This document shows positions 39,113 to 51,391 of a DNA stretch of 64,000 bases, piece after piece. The notes under the pieces are model-generated. The model saw only the letters and a program-made list of their open reading frames with translations. It did no database searches and had not been told where the DNA came from. The first letter of the stretch is position 1. Each line of letters opens with the position of its first letter. Source of the stretch: Harriotta raleighana (taxonomy: Eukaryota); the NCBI GenBank assembly GCA_050575255.1, contig JBNZDD010013701.1, positions 6,426,084 to 6,490,083 of the forward strand. Reading direction: 5' to 3'. A program made the translations under genes and the position numbers.

Positions 39113-40400
39113 GTTTATGGGCGCCTTTCATGTTGGAAGTACGTCCCAAGGCACTGGACAGAAAGTATTCCTGACCTGAGCTGGGGGTAGGAATTGCTTG
39201 AGGGTGGAGGAAAGGAGTGAAAGGAAATTGATCGAAAGCACGGTCAAAGAGGAGGGTCTTGAGGTGAGTCTTGAAGAGGCGAGGGATGGGGTGAGGCCGA
39301 GGGATTGCAGGATGGAGTTCCAGAGGATGCGGGCAGAATGGCTGAAGGCTCACTCGCCAGTGGAGGGGAGGGCTTGGCAGCAAATGTGAAGCAGGCCGGA
39401 GCCTGATGAGTGGAGGGAGTTGGCAGGTTGGTAGGGGGTTAGAAGGTCGTAGAAATCGGGGAAGTAAGGGATTGCAGGAGAGGACATCGTGTGCAGAGTT
39501 CCAAATGATCTGCAGCCTGTGGAGGGAGAAATTGAGAAGGCTGACAAACAAGGAGTTTGCACAGTCAAGCCTGGATGTTATGAATGCATGTTTGAGAATT
39601 TGGGGGGCCTGTGGTGTGAGACAGGATAGAACCAGGCAATGTTGTGGAGGTGGGAAAGGCAGAGCAGGTCATTGCATAGATGTGGGGTAAAAAGGACAGT
39701 TGAGGGTCGAACAAGATGCAAAGGTTCTGCACTGGCTCAGTGAGATGAAGTGTGCACCCATGGATGGTGATGCTGTCAGCACCTGAGGTTTAGAGGTGCT
39801 GACATGAGCCAATCATGATATTATTGACATGCAACTGAAGAAGTTAGCTCTCATTCAGCACCATAGCTCAGTGGTGGATGAGAGCTAACAAGTAAGAGAC
39901 TTGGGTTCGATTCCAGGCAGGGGGAAACCTTGAGCAAATTTCCTTACTCCACATGCCTAATAGTAATCCCTCACAAAAAATAATAATAAATTAGTCAATT
40001 CAATCCATGACTGTTTGTGGGACACTGCTGTGAGCAATTGGCTCTCACATTTCGTCCACAAATATACAATCAATTCACTTTACAGTATATTCTGTGAAGC
40101 ACTTTGAGACATCTAGAAGATGTGAAAAGCACTATATGAAATGCAAGGATTACTATTATTGATGTCTGACAGATATTCTGTCAAGACAGTAGTGGTCCTG
40201 GAGTCAAAGGTGGAGCAGAGAGAAAGAGTTGGGTGTCATCCCATGAAATTGACCCCATTTCTGCGGATGATGTCACCAAGAGGGAGGTGTAGATGTTGAA
40301 GAGGAGGGGAGCAAGGACAGATTCCCGAGGGTGGTGCGGGAGCTAGAGGAGAAACATATGTGGAGATTAAGTGGAGGTGGTGTGAGAGGTACAAACTGAA
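39113..40400 (-). mobile_element. L2 LINE fragment with nested SINE
   Basis: LHRLQIIWNSA and FKTHLKTLLFDRAF peptides; L2 tail at the left end. Confidence 0.82.
39863..40160 (+). mobile_element. SINE family A nested in an L2 fragment
   Basis: tagctcagtgg and ggttcgattcc boxes; L2 sequence resumes on both sides. Confidence 0.88.
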
Positions 40401-40573
40401 CAATTCAAGAGCCACCTGAAGATGTGAAAAGACTTATGTGTCCATTTATCTCCAACTGTGCTTCAGTTTCCAAAATGCCCCTCGTGATTCAATATTACAC
40501 TGTTTAGATTCAACAATGCTGAAAATCTTCTGTGAATATTTTTTAAAATTCTGTCTCTTTCTCTTTTATACAG

Positions 40574-40631
40574 GAGGGAAGAAAAGTAGTGCTTCAAATG
40601 TAGACATGCTTTCTGCTGAAAATGTTAACAA
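40574..40631 (+). CDS. Coiled-coil protein, exon B (58 nt)
   Basis: Strong acceptor tctctttctcttttatacag; (R)GKKSSASNVDMLSAENVN; donor AA|gtgagt; phase 1 to 2. Confidence 0.75.
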
Positions 40632-41589
40632 GTGAGTAACAAAATGCCAGTGTGTCAAAACTATTCATTGTATTTTTTTGTCGTGTGGCTGTACCGTGAA
40701 TGACAATAAGTAGGGAAAGTGCAGAATATGAAGGTGAACATAAAGCCAGCTATAAGCTTTCAAAGGTATAAGCTTTTAAAGGGTTTTGAAGGTAAGGAGA
40801 AGAGATGCAAGGCAAATGGATTTGGGAGACAATTCCAGAGATTGAGAGCATAGGAATTGACTTCTGGGCAACTGATGGGGGCACAGAGGGACCAAGGAAT
40901 AACCAGAGTTTAGAAAAGTAATGGTCAGTAACACAAAGTGATGGTTTACATGTTTGATATTTCCTCCTATTCCTGGAATGAATTTTGTATCTCAAGCAAT
41001 CCCCAATGGAGTACATTGTGGGGGGTGGGGGGAAGGGGGTAGTGTGGGGGAGGGGTGAATGGGGAATGGATTGCTCACATTTGCCTGCTGGAGCTGAAAT
41101 GCCAGCATCTAATGAGATTGACCTAATATAACTAGACCTGCGGAAATGTGCATTGTCAAAAGTTGCTGCATGATAACACCTTATCACATCGTTGAGATAT
41201 CCCAAAGCACTTCACAGAAAATATATTGTAAAATGAATTGACTGTCTATTTTGTGGGCAAAACGCTCCCACAAAATGTCTTGGACCTGACCTGGGGGAGG
41301 GAACCAAGAGGGTGTATAGAGAAGTGAAAAATATGATTTTTGTGGTGGTGTTGTGCAAATCTATTTTCCTTCTTGACAAGTCTTCCCTCCACCTCCAAAT
41401 CGCTCAGCAGAATTTTATTGTGCTGAAATTTCTGTTTGTATCATCATAGGTAATATTTATTGGGCTGAATTGAATGAAGGAAATGTCAACTTAATTAATA
41501 TGTTATGAATGTCTATTTAATAAAAGTACCCAACATCAGTGAAGTGTATTATCCTGCCCACAAAGTCCAGTGTAGACAAAACATTCTTG

Positions 41590-42010
41590 TTTCCTGACTG
41601 GCTCATTCGGTAATTTTATTGCTCACTGTGGGACTGACCCATGTATACTGGGAAGATCCAAACTTGGGCTGAGTTATCTGATCTCTGCTGGGATAAAATT
41701 AGTGTTGCTATGATTGAACTTAGGGCCTTTGGGTTACAGAAGGTAAAAATGAACAGGATCACTATCCATTCATTCCCACCCCCACCCCTTCGCCCCAGCT
41801 GGAAAGTGAATGTGAGAACCCAGGTGAGGTCAGGATTGAGCTCAGCTATCATATCCCAATGGTCGACAACTACTGTCTGGACTTACGCATGGAACTCCAT
41901 TCCTATGTCTCTTGTGCAAAGGTGACATTTAGCTGGGGGTTGGTTGTGCCTGTGAAGATATGCCCCAGGGAAACTTCAGTGTTTCAGAAGCGGATGAGGG
42001 ACAAAAGGTC
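41590..42010 (+). mobile_element. AmnSINE2-like SINE, degenerate
   Basis: gctgagttatctgatctc and ggtgaggtcaggattgagctcagct match the reverse complement of 17395-17850. Confidence 0.6.
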
Positions 42011-43587
42011 ACAGGGCTGAAGAAAGTAATGGGATTTTAGGAAGCTGTCCACATATTGGCTAAGTAGAGGGAATGGACAAGTTGGCTTGGGTGATGGAGA
42101 TTGCAGAGTTAGAGTGCAGAAAAACTATTGAAATGCAGGAACAAATGTCTTGAACGTGATCTGCTAGGAAATGGGCAGACAGTGAAGCCAAGCAAGGATG
42201 CGGGTGATAGGCTTTAATGGAAGAAGACATGGGCTGCAGAGTTCTAGTTTTTTTTAAACAAAGTACAATACATATTTATTGGTAAATAGAATATGTATTT
42301 ACCCTTGTTTCGAAGAATTCCCATGACAGAAAAAACACACCTTAATATTTTGTTACAATACACAACAGACAGTAATGGAATATTAACATGTTACAGGGGC
42401 TGGCTCTGGCGCTCCATATACATGGAGGGTCTAAAGCATTTCCACCTCAGGGTTCTACTGCTCTTTGCAGGGAGCAGTTACCATGTGGATCTTGTCCCCA
42501 CTCTCTCCCTTTTTATGTGGGGCATGGCTAAGTTTGCAATATATCAATGTGCACATTTGCAAGACACTTTTTGGTTTCTGCATACCCTTTTATAATGTGA
42601 GATTGAGACAATGGATCCAGATAACTTATAAAGGGGTTGCCTTGTATTTGCATTTTATTAGGGGTAGTTGTTGGTAAGTGAGTGGGATGTTTATGCAGTT
42701 AGTATAAACCCAATTTAGAAACTTGAGCTTGTAATGTAGTCTGACACTCGAGTAGAGTTCTGAGATGCACTGGATTGTTGAAGGAGCTGTTCTAAATAAA
42801 TAAAACATTACCCTGAGGTTTTGTTTTTCTATCCTCCAGTGGGCATTAAAGATCCCATGACACCATCAAAGATTACAATATTTTTCTTAAAAAGAGCTGT
42901 GGAAAATTAACTTCCAAATTAAGACGGAATATTTCACATTTCTGAGCTACCTTGACTTTACATTTGAGACCCTGGGGATATGGGGCCTCTGAAGGGGAGG
43001 TTAGATCCTGTTTTGCTTAAGGGGAAAAAAGAGGGAAATTGTGGGAGTAGATTTACAGGGCCAGTTGCAGTATGTCACGAGGGATCAAGCACAATGGAAT
43101 TTCCTCATTTTGTTCATGTCATGTGAATGGGGGCTTAGTTAAACCAAAAATGATTCAGATCAAAAGCTGGCTGCTTATCCATGGGGAGGGAAATTTGGTT
43201 GGATTGTTGCCTGAGACTTATTTGTGTACACTTTGCAACTTGGTCACCAGTGGCATCTGGTAAAGAGCAGGTGTCTGTAGGCTGGGTTGAGTCATGTTAA
43301 ACAGTGTAAGCGGACTGTGTGGGTCAGAATAGCAATCAATGTTCAGAAGAAAACAATGCCTATTTATAAAAAATAAAAACAGGCAGGAAGTGAGCTCAGT
43401 AAGAGGAAGTTAATGTTAGAATCACGCTTTGTAAATCATGAGCATTCTTTGCACAGTACAATGCAGTCATGAGCTCAAACAATGGTTGATTGGAATGGGT
43501 CAAGGTTGGTAAACACAGTAATGTGGATCAGGAATGATTTCACATGGACCTTATTTTTTCTCTCTGGTATTTAAACAACAACTTGCA

Positions 43588-44382
43588 GAGTACTGCAGCT
43601 CAGTGGTTAGAGCACCCGCCTTGCAAGCAAGAGACCTGGGTTTGATTTCCGGCAGGGCAAATCCTTGGACATGTTTCCTTATTTCACAATCCTAATAATA
43701 ATCCCTCAAGAATAAAAACAATAGTACTGTAATTTGATTGCTTCACTCCACAACTGTTTGTGGGACACTGTTGTGCATTTTGCCCATGAAATACAGGCAG
43801 TCCTCAAGTTACGTCAGGGTTAGGTTCCTAAGATGTGGTGTAAGTCGAATTTGTATGTAAGTCGAGTCACCCCCTTATAATGCTTACAGTAACATACAGT
43901 GATTGGTTGTAGNAGGAGATCACATGTGACGTAGCGCAACGCAGATCACACGTGACGTAGCGCAACGCAGATCACGCGTGACGTAGCGCAGTCTAAAGGC
44001 GGGAGAGTACTGTCCCGCCGAGCTCACAGACTCACACAGTACCTGTACAGTACACACTCGCATCTCGCCTCCATCCTGTTCCTGTCCTGAACGCGTATCG
44101 TGGTCCCGTAAGTGTTGAGAGCGGCGACTCCAGTTTTCTATCGCGCGTGGGGCAACTAAAGTATTTACATAGCAGTGTCGTAACTTCGAGAACTTGGATG
44201 TAACTTGGACGTAATTTTACTGATTTGAAGTGTCGTAACTTCGAATTGTCGTACCTCGAAACGTCGTAACTAGAGGACTGCCTGTATATACAATCAATTC
44301 ACTTTACAGTACTGTATATTCTGAGAAATGATTTGTGACATCTAGAAGATGTGATAAGGTTAGGATTACAGTACTATTATAT
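43588..44382 (+). mobile_element. SINE family A interrupted by a DNA transposon
   Basis: Head and body at 43588-43793; tail resumes at 44287 (tacaatcaattcactttacag). Confidence 0.88.
43794..44284. mobile_element. Non-autonomous Tc1/mariner (Tigger/pogo-like) DNA transposon
   Basis: TIRs caggcagtcctc(a/t)agttacg at both ends, TA target duplication at 43792-3 and 44285-6, CpG-rich interior with a 26-bp tandem repeat. Confidence 0.88.
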
Positions 44383-45083
44383 TTTATTATTTGTAGAGCG
44401 CCCTTCACTTAGTCACTGATCCTTTAGGGGGAGGGGAGTTGGATGGATGCAAAGATGTTTGAAATGAAAAGAAGTTGTATCCAAAGTGTTAACCAGAGCC
44501 AGTTTCAGGATGCCTGGCTACTTTGCTGATTTGGGAGAGGTTCAGTTGGGTAAGCTGGCGTGTGCGGTATTTTAGAAGTATTTTTTTCCTGTACCATTTT
44601 TTGTCTTACAATATTTTGCCCTCTTATCCTTTTCTGCTCTACTAAAGCTGTTTGTGATTTTTTTCCTCTACTCTGGGTTGGGGGGTAAAGTTCCACAAGT
44701 GCCAGTCGCCCTTTAGCATTGCAGCTAGTGGATTCCACTCATGTGTGAACCTTGTTAATAGGTGAGAGCAAGAGTTTTGTGCATCCGGAACCATTACAGT
44801 CGAGGCTATTAGACACAACATTCGCATGGGCTTCAGTTAAGCAATCAAGAGCAGAGGGAACTCCAGTAGAAGGCTGCTTCAACTGCTGCTTTGGCCGGAA
44901 ATGAAAGGCACTATACAAATGTAATGTTGTTGTTGTTAGCTGAGATGAGGTTGAACCTGTGACCTAGTGGCTGCACTGGATGTTGTTTTTGGCCATGAAC
45001 CATCGGGGGGCCTATATTTTTAAATCATGTAAATTACTGTGTTGATTTTCATATTTTATCCTAATTATTGTTTCATTTAAAAG

Positions 45084-45198
45084 TCAGGAGGGTCAAGTTC
45101 AATGGCAAGCCCTGGGCAAAGGGTTTGAGGAGGAGAAGAAAGGGGCACAGAATATTGAAAGGCTTTGCTTGGACCTGCTGGTGCATAACCAGAAGCTG
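45084..45198 (+). CDS. Coiled-coil protein, exon C (115 nt)
   Basis: Acceptor tttcatttaaaag; (N)QEGQVQWQALGKGFEEEKKGAQNIERLCLDLLVHNQKL; donor CTG|gtgaga; phase 2 to 0, exactly bridging exons B and D. Confidence 0.72.
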
Positions 45199-45295
45199 GT
45201 GAGATGTTGCAGGTTGTTTTGTTGCTTGTATTCTCTTTTATTATACAGTTCTCGTGATCTATTCAGTGAATGGTTTGCAATTTGTTTTTCAACAG

Positions 45296-45346
45296 GAGGA
45301 TGAGAACAGAAAATTACTCTCTTACGATGCCAATCTGGAGAAACGG
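45296..45346 (+). CDS. Coiled-coil protein, exon D (51 nt)
   Basis: Acceptor tttgtttttcaacag; EDENRKLLSYDANLEKR; donor CGG|gtaggt; phase 0-0. Confidence 0.75.
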
Positions 45347-45914
45347 GTAGGTTGTTGTTTTGATCCAGGCAGTGAAGTAGATATCTGAAACCTGTTTTTA
45401 CATACACTGAGAGTACAATTTAACATTTAAATTAAGGTACAAACATATAATTTGAAAATGTAATTGGAAGTGTTTTGGGTTAATTTTTTTAAAAGTAAAT
45501 ACTGTACATTTTTTTCAAAAAATACTTTTTAGTGCGAGGGAATCTAGATCCAGCTATAAGATGATCTTATTTGGCCTGTTTTTGTATTTGTTAATATGAG
45601 GAATGACATTGCTGGGCACTGGAATGTGTCCTATTTTTGAGGCCATTCTTTGTATCAAGCATCCAGGTCAGATATAGCATATCCAGATGGAGAGTGTAGA
45701 TTCCTTCACTCTGCTCCAACCAATGAGATCCTACATTGAGTAATAAAGAGGCTTTGCATTTGATAATCATTGCATTTGGTAATCCTTGCAATTGATGTCC
45801 CTGCCTTATTATGTTGGATGAGTACAATTGCTTCACAGGATTTACTGTAAAGCCTGTTGTCTGTATTTTGTAGGTGAACATGGTAGCCAATTGGCAATTT
45901 TCCACAAACAGAAA

Positions 45915-46224
45915 TAATAATAATCCTTGCATTTGATATAGGGCTTTTCACATCTTATTGACGTCTCAAAGCGCTTCACAGAATATACTGTAAGTGAATT
46001 GACTGTATATTTGTGGACAAAATGCGGCAGCCAATTGCGCACAGAGGTGTCCCACAAACAGTCGTGGATTTAAATGACCAATTTTATTATTGTGGGTTTT
46101 TTAGAAGGATTATTATTAGGCATGTGGAGTAAGAAATTTGCCCAAGGTTTTGCCCTGACCTGCCTGGATTCGAACACAGGTCTCATGCTTGTAAGGAAAG
46201 TGCTTTAAGCACTGAGCTACAGGA
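45915..46224 (-). mobile_element. SINE family A, full length
   Basis: Reverse complement of the 34382 copy. Confidence 0.9.
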
Positions 46225-46553
46225 GGACATGAGGTGAATTTAATTACCTGTTTAGCTTGGAGATTTTTGGCCAGGATGTCAGGCAAAGCTCCCTCCTCTT
46301 TTCAAGTAGTAGAATCTATAACTTGCACCTGAACAGGAAGACAAGGATACCATCTCACCTGAAAGATTGCATCTCCAGCAAGGTAGCTTCTCCCCAGTAC
46401 TGCACAAGACTGTTTGACGATGTAAGTTCAAGTCCTGTTGCAGGGACTGTGGGACATTGTTGTGGCAGCTGTTGCATTTGTTACACTGGACAATACATCC
46501 TATTAAGTGCTTTGAGACATCTTTCTGACTTGAAAGCTGCTAAATATGATTTT

Positions 46554-46873
46554 AATAATAATAGTAATCTTTGCATTTGAGATAGTGCTTTTCACATCTT
46601 CTAGGCGTCTCAAAGCGCATCACAGAATATACTGTAAAGTGAATTGACTGTATACTTGTGGGTGAAATGCAGCAGCCAGTTGCGCACAGCAGTGTCCCAC
46701 AAACACATGAATTGAAATGCCCAATTTTTTTATTGTTTGTTTATTGTTTATTATTGTTTGGGATTATTATCAGGTGTGTGGAGGAAACTTGCCCAAGGTT
46801 CACCCTGCCTGTATTTGAACCAAGGTATCTCGCTTGCAAGGCGAGTGCTCTAACCACCGAGCAACAGGATTCC
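46554..46873 (-). mobile_element. SINE family A, full length
   Basis: Head retains a cttgcaa anticodon loop (tRNA-Ala TGC-like), plus body and tail. Confidence 0.9.
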
Positions 46874-47462
46874 ACAAGATTTTCTCCCTTCTGTTCCATT
46901 CTTTTTTTCCCTTTCTCTCCTGTTTTTCTGCCCCTCTCCTGTATCTCCCCCTCTGCTTCTTTCTATCTTTTTGCCTATCCCATGAGCTTTTTAATTCTCT
47001 ATAAATTTACATCTTATTTAATTCATTTCCACTTCTCCATTTCTGCCTCTTGATGACCCTGCGCTATGGATTGCAGCAATGTTTATACGTTGAGCCACAC
47101 TGGATAATTGGGACCAGTTCTGTGCTTTAATTCAGGTTTTAGATTAAAAATATATGTAGAGACTGTCCCTGGAAGGTAATAGTTTTCAGATTTAATTTTT
47201 TCTTTAAGATTTAGCAAGATATGAACCCGTGTGAGAACTTCTTTAGTAAGATTTGAATATGATTATAAATCAGAAAACCGTGTGGTAGCCATGGTTAAAA
47301 GCTGTAGTGAGTGGCTTAAAATGGTTATAATTCAGACTCTGAGTTCTTGTTATCTGAATTAATTGAAAGAATTATATATTTTTAACTCATTCCCAAGTAT
47401 CTGTTGTTCCTGGGTAACATTTGCATGGAAGGAAGAGAATAATTTTCTGTGTTCAATTCCAG

Positions 47463-47540
47463 GTGTCAGAAATCAGCAAAAAATTGTTCATATGGGAGCA
47501 TAATTATTGTACTCACCAGAAAGCTGTCGATAAGATGGAG
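47463..47540 (+). CDS. Coiled-coil protein, exon E (78 nt)
   Basis: Acceptor tgtgttcaattccag; VSEISKKLFIWEHNYCTHQKAVDKME; donor GAG|gtaaga; phase 0-0. Confidence 0.78.
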
Positions 47541-49075
47541 GTAAGAGCACTTAGGCTTCTGACTCTTGGAGCCTCCACAGTTTTGCAATTTGTTAAAGGT
47601 AAATTACAGAAAACTTCACAGACCTGCAAATTGGTGCTTTTAATTCGTAATATAAATTTTCTGTGGGCAAGTCACCTTCTAGCTTTGGCACTCTGAACAG
47701 AAAAGCTCCAATTACCAAGCAGTATTAGTGTTTGTAACAGTTTGTTCGTTAGTGGCAGTACAAAAGGGGATGGAGGTAGTTGCAAAAGGGAATTGGATAC
47801 ACTTTTGATAGCAAAGGTGATTGGGTATATGAAAGATGAGAAGTGATAGTATTTTAAAATGTGATCGTCCAGTCAGCTGATAATAGTATTCTTTTCACAT
47901 GCTGTGTATTTCTGAGTTCATATGTGCTCCATCTTTGCTCTATTACTGCTTCTTTTCCTGCTTTCCTCCAGTATTTTGTTGAATTACTTGCAAGGGTTAT
48001 GTATAGGATAATATGGTGCTGGATTAAGTTTATGTTGCAGAACTGTGGGTGGGGGATGGGGAGAGGAAGAATCACTGAAGAAAAATTGGGCAAGTACCAA
48101 TGTTAAATTAAGTTGTTGAATTTAAAAACTATATATTTTCTTTGCCTGTTCATTTGTAAAGAACATGACGTGGTGATAATTGTGCTGAAATGCATCATCA
48201 CATTATTTCCATTTGATAAGAAAAAAGAAAAATGTGCAACAAGATAAGACAGTTTGGTCTTCTCTTCCTACAGACCAAATACAATCTTAACGTGCGTAGA
48301 ACTCTACTTCACTTGTTTATATTATAATTAAACTTGTGCACAGCTTTCTGACTTTTCACCTATCCCCAAAGAAATCAAACAAATTTGCCAGATCCATTTT
48401 TAACGATGTCAGTGTCTCTTTAATGCAGTAGCCTCACATTGGGGTCTATTATTTGTCATGTGTAAACAGAGGTATATTCACTTTATTGAATATATGCATA
48501 TTCTGTGGAGTGCTTTAAAACATCTTGAAGACCTGATAAGGTACTATATCTAATGCAAGAATTATTATTATTGTAGAGGTGTGCCTCGTGCTATGTGTAA
48601 ATGCATGTTTTCAGAGGAAATCACTGCTACCCTTCATTATATAGTTAACAACCAATGAACAGGATTTATTAGTTATGCAGTCGCCCACCAAACCTTTCAC
48701 TGTTTGCTAATTACAATAATTAGAGCACCTGTAATTCTCTAATAATGCATCTCTTTAGACAAACCACATAATACAACTTGGTTTACACATAGCACAATAA
48801 TAGATGACATGTTCTAGCCCAGTAATTGCTCCCATCTGATCCTCACAATAGTACTGTTAATAATGAAACCAAATTATAAGGAAATGGATCGAAATGGATG
48901 TGAAGAGTGAAAAGGCAATTAATGAAAGTTTGATCATTTAAAGAAGAATCGAAAATAATGCATTCTCTCCTGCAAGCAATTGCAACCTGAGAGCGATTGA
49001 AAGCACAGATTTCACTCAACTGGATATTCGGCCTGGAGTAAAGGCCAACTTCTGTTTCTAGTGTTTCAGGATGGA

Positions 49076-49412
49076 TAATAATAATGTTTGCATTTGATAT
49101 AACACCTTGTCACGTCTTCGAGACATCTCAAAGCGCTTCACAGAATATACTGTCAAGTGAATTAACTGTATATTTTGTGGGCAAAACATGGTAGCCAATT
49201 GCACATAACAGTGTCTCCCTTCTACCCCAAAATTCCCACCTTCCACCCATCCTAATCTCAACCACCAGCTCGCTGATTGTCTAGCATCTTGGGATGTCCT
49301 GATTTGAAAAGAGTTATACAAATGTAATTTGTTTTTGTGGCCCAATGTCCCAATTACCCTGCTGGTAATTAAACTCAGGTCTTCTCGCTTGCAAGACAAG
49401 TGCTCTAACTAC
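49076..49412 (-). mobile_element. SINE family A fragments around an inserted L2 tail
   Basis: SINE tail at 49076-49215, L2-type tail on the + strand to about 49335, SINE head at 49370-49412. Confidence 0.65.
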
Positions 49413-50114
49413 AGTATTAAGGTACAGGCTGATACACTAAAGTAAAATATTCGCAATAGTAGTCATGTAGTTTATTGACTTCTCGGAGTGAGAAGTTCCT
49501 TACACTGGTGAATTGGATGAATTGATGAATCTGGATAGTGAATCTGATGGTGTTTACTAACATAGGGTGAATGTTGTCTCAGAAAATCTTCAAAACCTCT
49601 GGCCTGACAGCAGCACAAGGAATTTCTCACCCTTGGTCTGCTTTTCTGCCATTGCAATAAATCACAGAAAGAAGCCAGGCTAGCTTTCATATGACTTACA
49701 GCAGAAATGTTGCAAATATTTCCATTTTGGCAATGTTAAAAAATTTACATTGCCAACATATTTTGAAAAATATCTGTTTTTTCAAGGTATTAAATCAAGT
49801 AGAATAGATGTGATAGAGGATAGGATAGACTTTGATGGAGCAGATAATTTGGCAGCATAATAGCCACAGCATTAAATTGACTCCCACACCTTCTTTCGCA
49901 GAACACCTGACATAGATGCGGCAAATGGAAGGGCAGAACTTTAGCAATCTGGTGAAATGTGTTTGTACAGAAGCATATGCAATGACACTTTATCCATGAG
50001 TCAGGTCTGGAAGAAGATTGTGATCCTAGAACACAGAATGGACGTGAGAGTTGTGCAGCCATACACTCGTTCCAGACTCAAAATGCATATATTTTGTGCT
50101 TTGGACACACAATT

Positions 50115-50722
50115 ACATAAACATAAGAACATAAGCATAAGAAGTAGGAGTAGGCTATTCAACCCCTCCAACCTGCCCCGCTATTCAATGAGATCATGGC
50201 TGATCTTCTAATCTAACTCCACCTACCCGCCTTATCCCCAAATGTCTTAATCCCTTTAACCATAAGAAATTTAATCAATTTCAGTCTTGAATATGTTCAA
50301 GGTCTGAGCATCTACAGTTCTTTTGAGGTAGAGAATTCCAGAAATTCACTACCCTTTGAGTGAAGAAGTTTTTCCTCAACTCTGTGCGAAAAGGCTGACC
50401 CCTAATTTTAAATTCTATGTCCTCATCTAGATCATTGATATAGATTGTAAATAATTGAGGCCTACGCACTGGTCCCTGTGGCACTCCATTCGTCACATCC
50501 TGCCAATCTGAGAAGGGCCCGTTTATTCCTCTCTGTTTTCTTCCCATTAGTCATTCTTTAATCCACGCTGATGTATTGCCTTTAATGTCATGGGCCCTAA
50601 TCTGGTTTATCAGCCTTTTATGTGGCACCTTGTCGAATGCCTTCTGAAAATCCAAATACATTACATCCACTGGTTTCTCGCTATCCAACCTGCTAGTTAT
50701 GTCCTCAAAGAACTCTAAAAGA
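50115..50722 (-). mobile_element. CR1 LINE fragment (RT plus 3' end, internally deleted)
   Basis: INGPFSDWQDVTNGVPQGPV..PQLFTIYINDLDE fused to FRTELRKNFFTQRVVNFWNSLP; (cataagaa)-type tail. Confidence 0.9.
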
Positions 50723-51357
50723 TATTACCTGGAACTGAGCCCATCTTGACCAACCTTATTTTACATAGGACCTCTCCATCCAGCAGAGAGACGAGGCTTT
50801 CAACCATCAGACTGGGTTGGATTCAAATAGTAGTCACAAACTGGCAACGCTGGATATCCTGATTATGAAAGAAATCTCATAGCAGTTTTTTTTACAGTAA
50901 GCCAGAAACATTATCGATACACTTTTTTGACTGCTCTTTCAGTCATCTTTCACCTCCCAACCCCCTTTAGCTTCCACCCCCAACTTGAGTGCCCAGCCAA
51001 CAATGTTCAGCACTTTAAGATATCTGCTGACATGAAAACGCTATAATATATATTGTATTAACTTGTCTTTATCTTTCAGATGCTGTTTTATCTTCAGTGC
51101 ATTTCCAGCACTTTCTTAGGGGACTGTGGTAGTATTTAATTGTAGAGATGTTCTCAGCGTGGCAGGATAGCCTGTAAACCCATTGCAAATCCCATTCCTC
51201 TGTTTCATTGTTGAACCAGCTCGAATGAATGCCAAAGCAAAATGGAGGAGGTGTGGGGGAGGGGGGTGGTGGTTGTGAATCTCCACTTTCCATCCACTTC
51301 TTTCACAAGGAAACAGCAAGCCTCCCANCCCTTTATCCTGCGTTGGCGTTTCCCTCC

Positions 51358-51391
<34 letters not shown>

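Noticed and set aside
43918-43990. 26-bp repeats as a CRISPR-like array
   Set aside because: Contiguous tandem units with no spacers, inside a eukaryotic DNA transposon; no cas genes.
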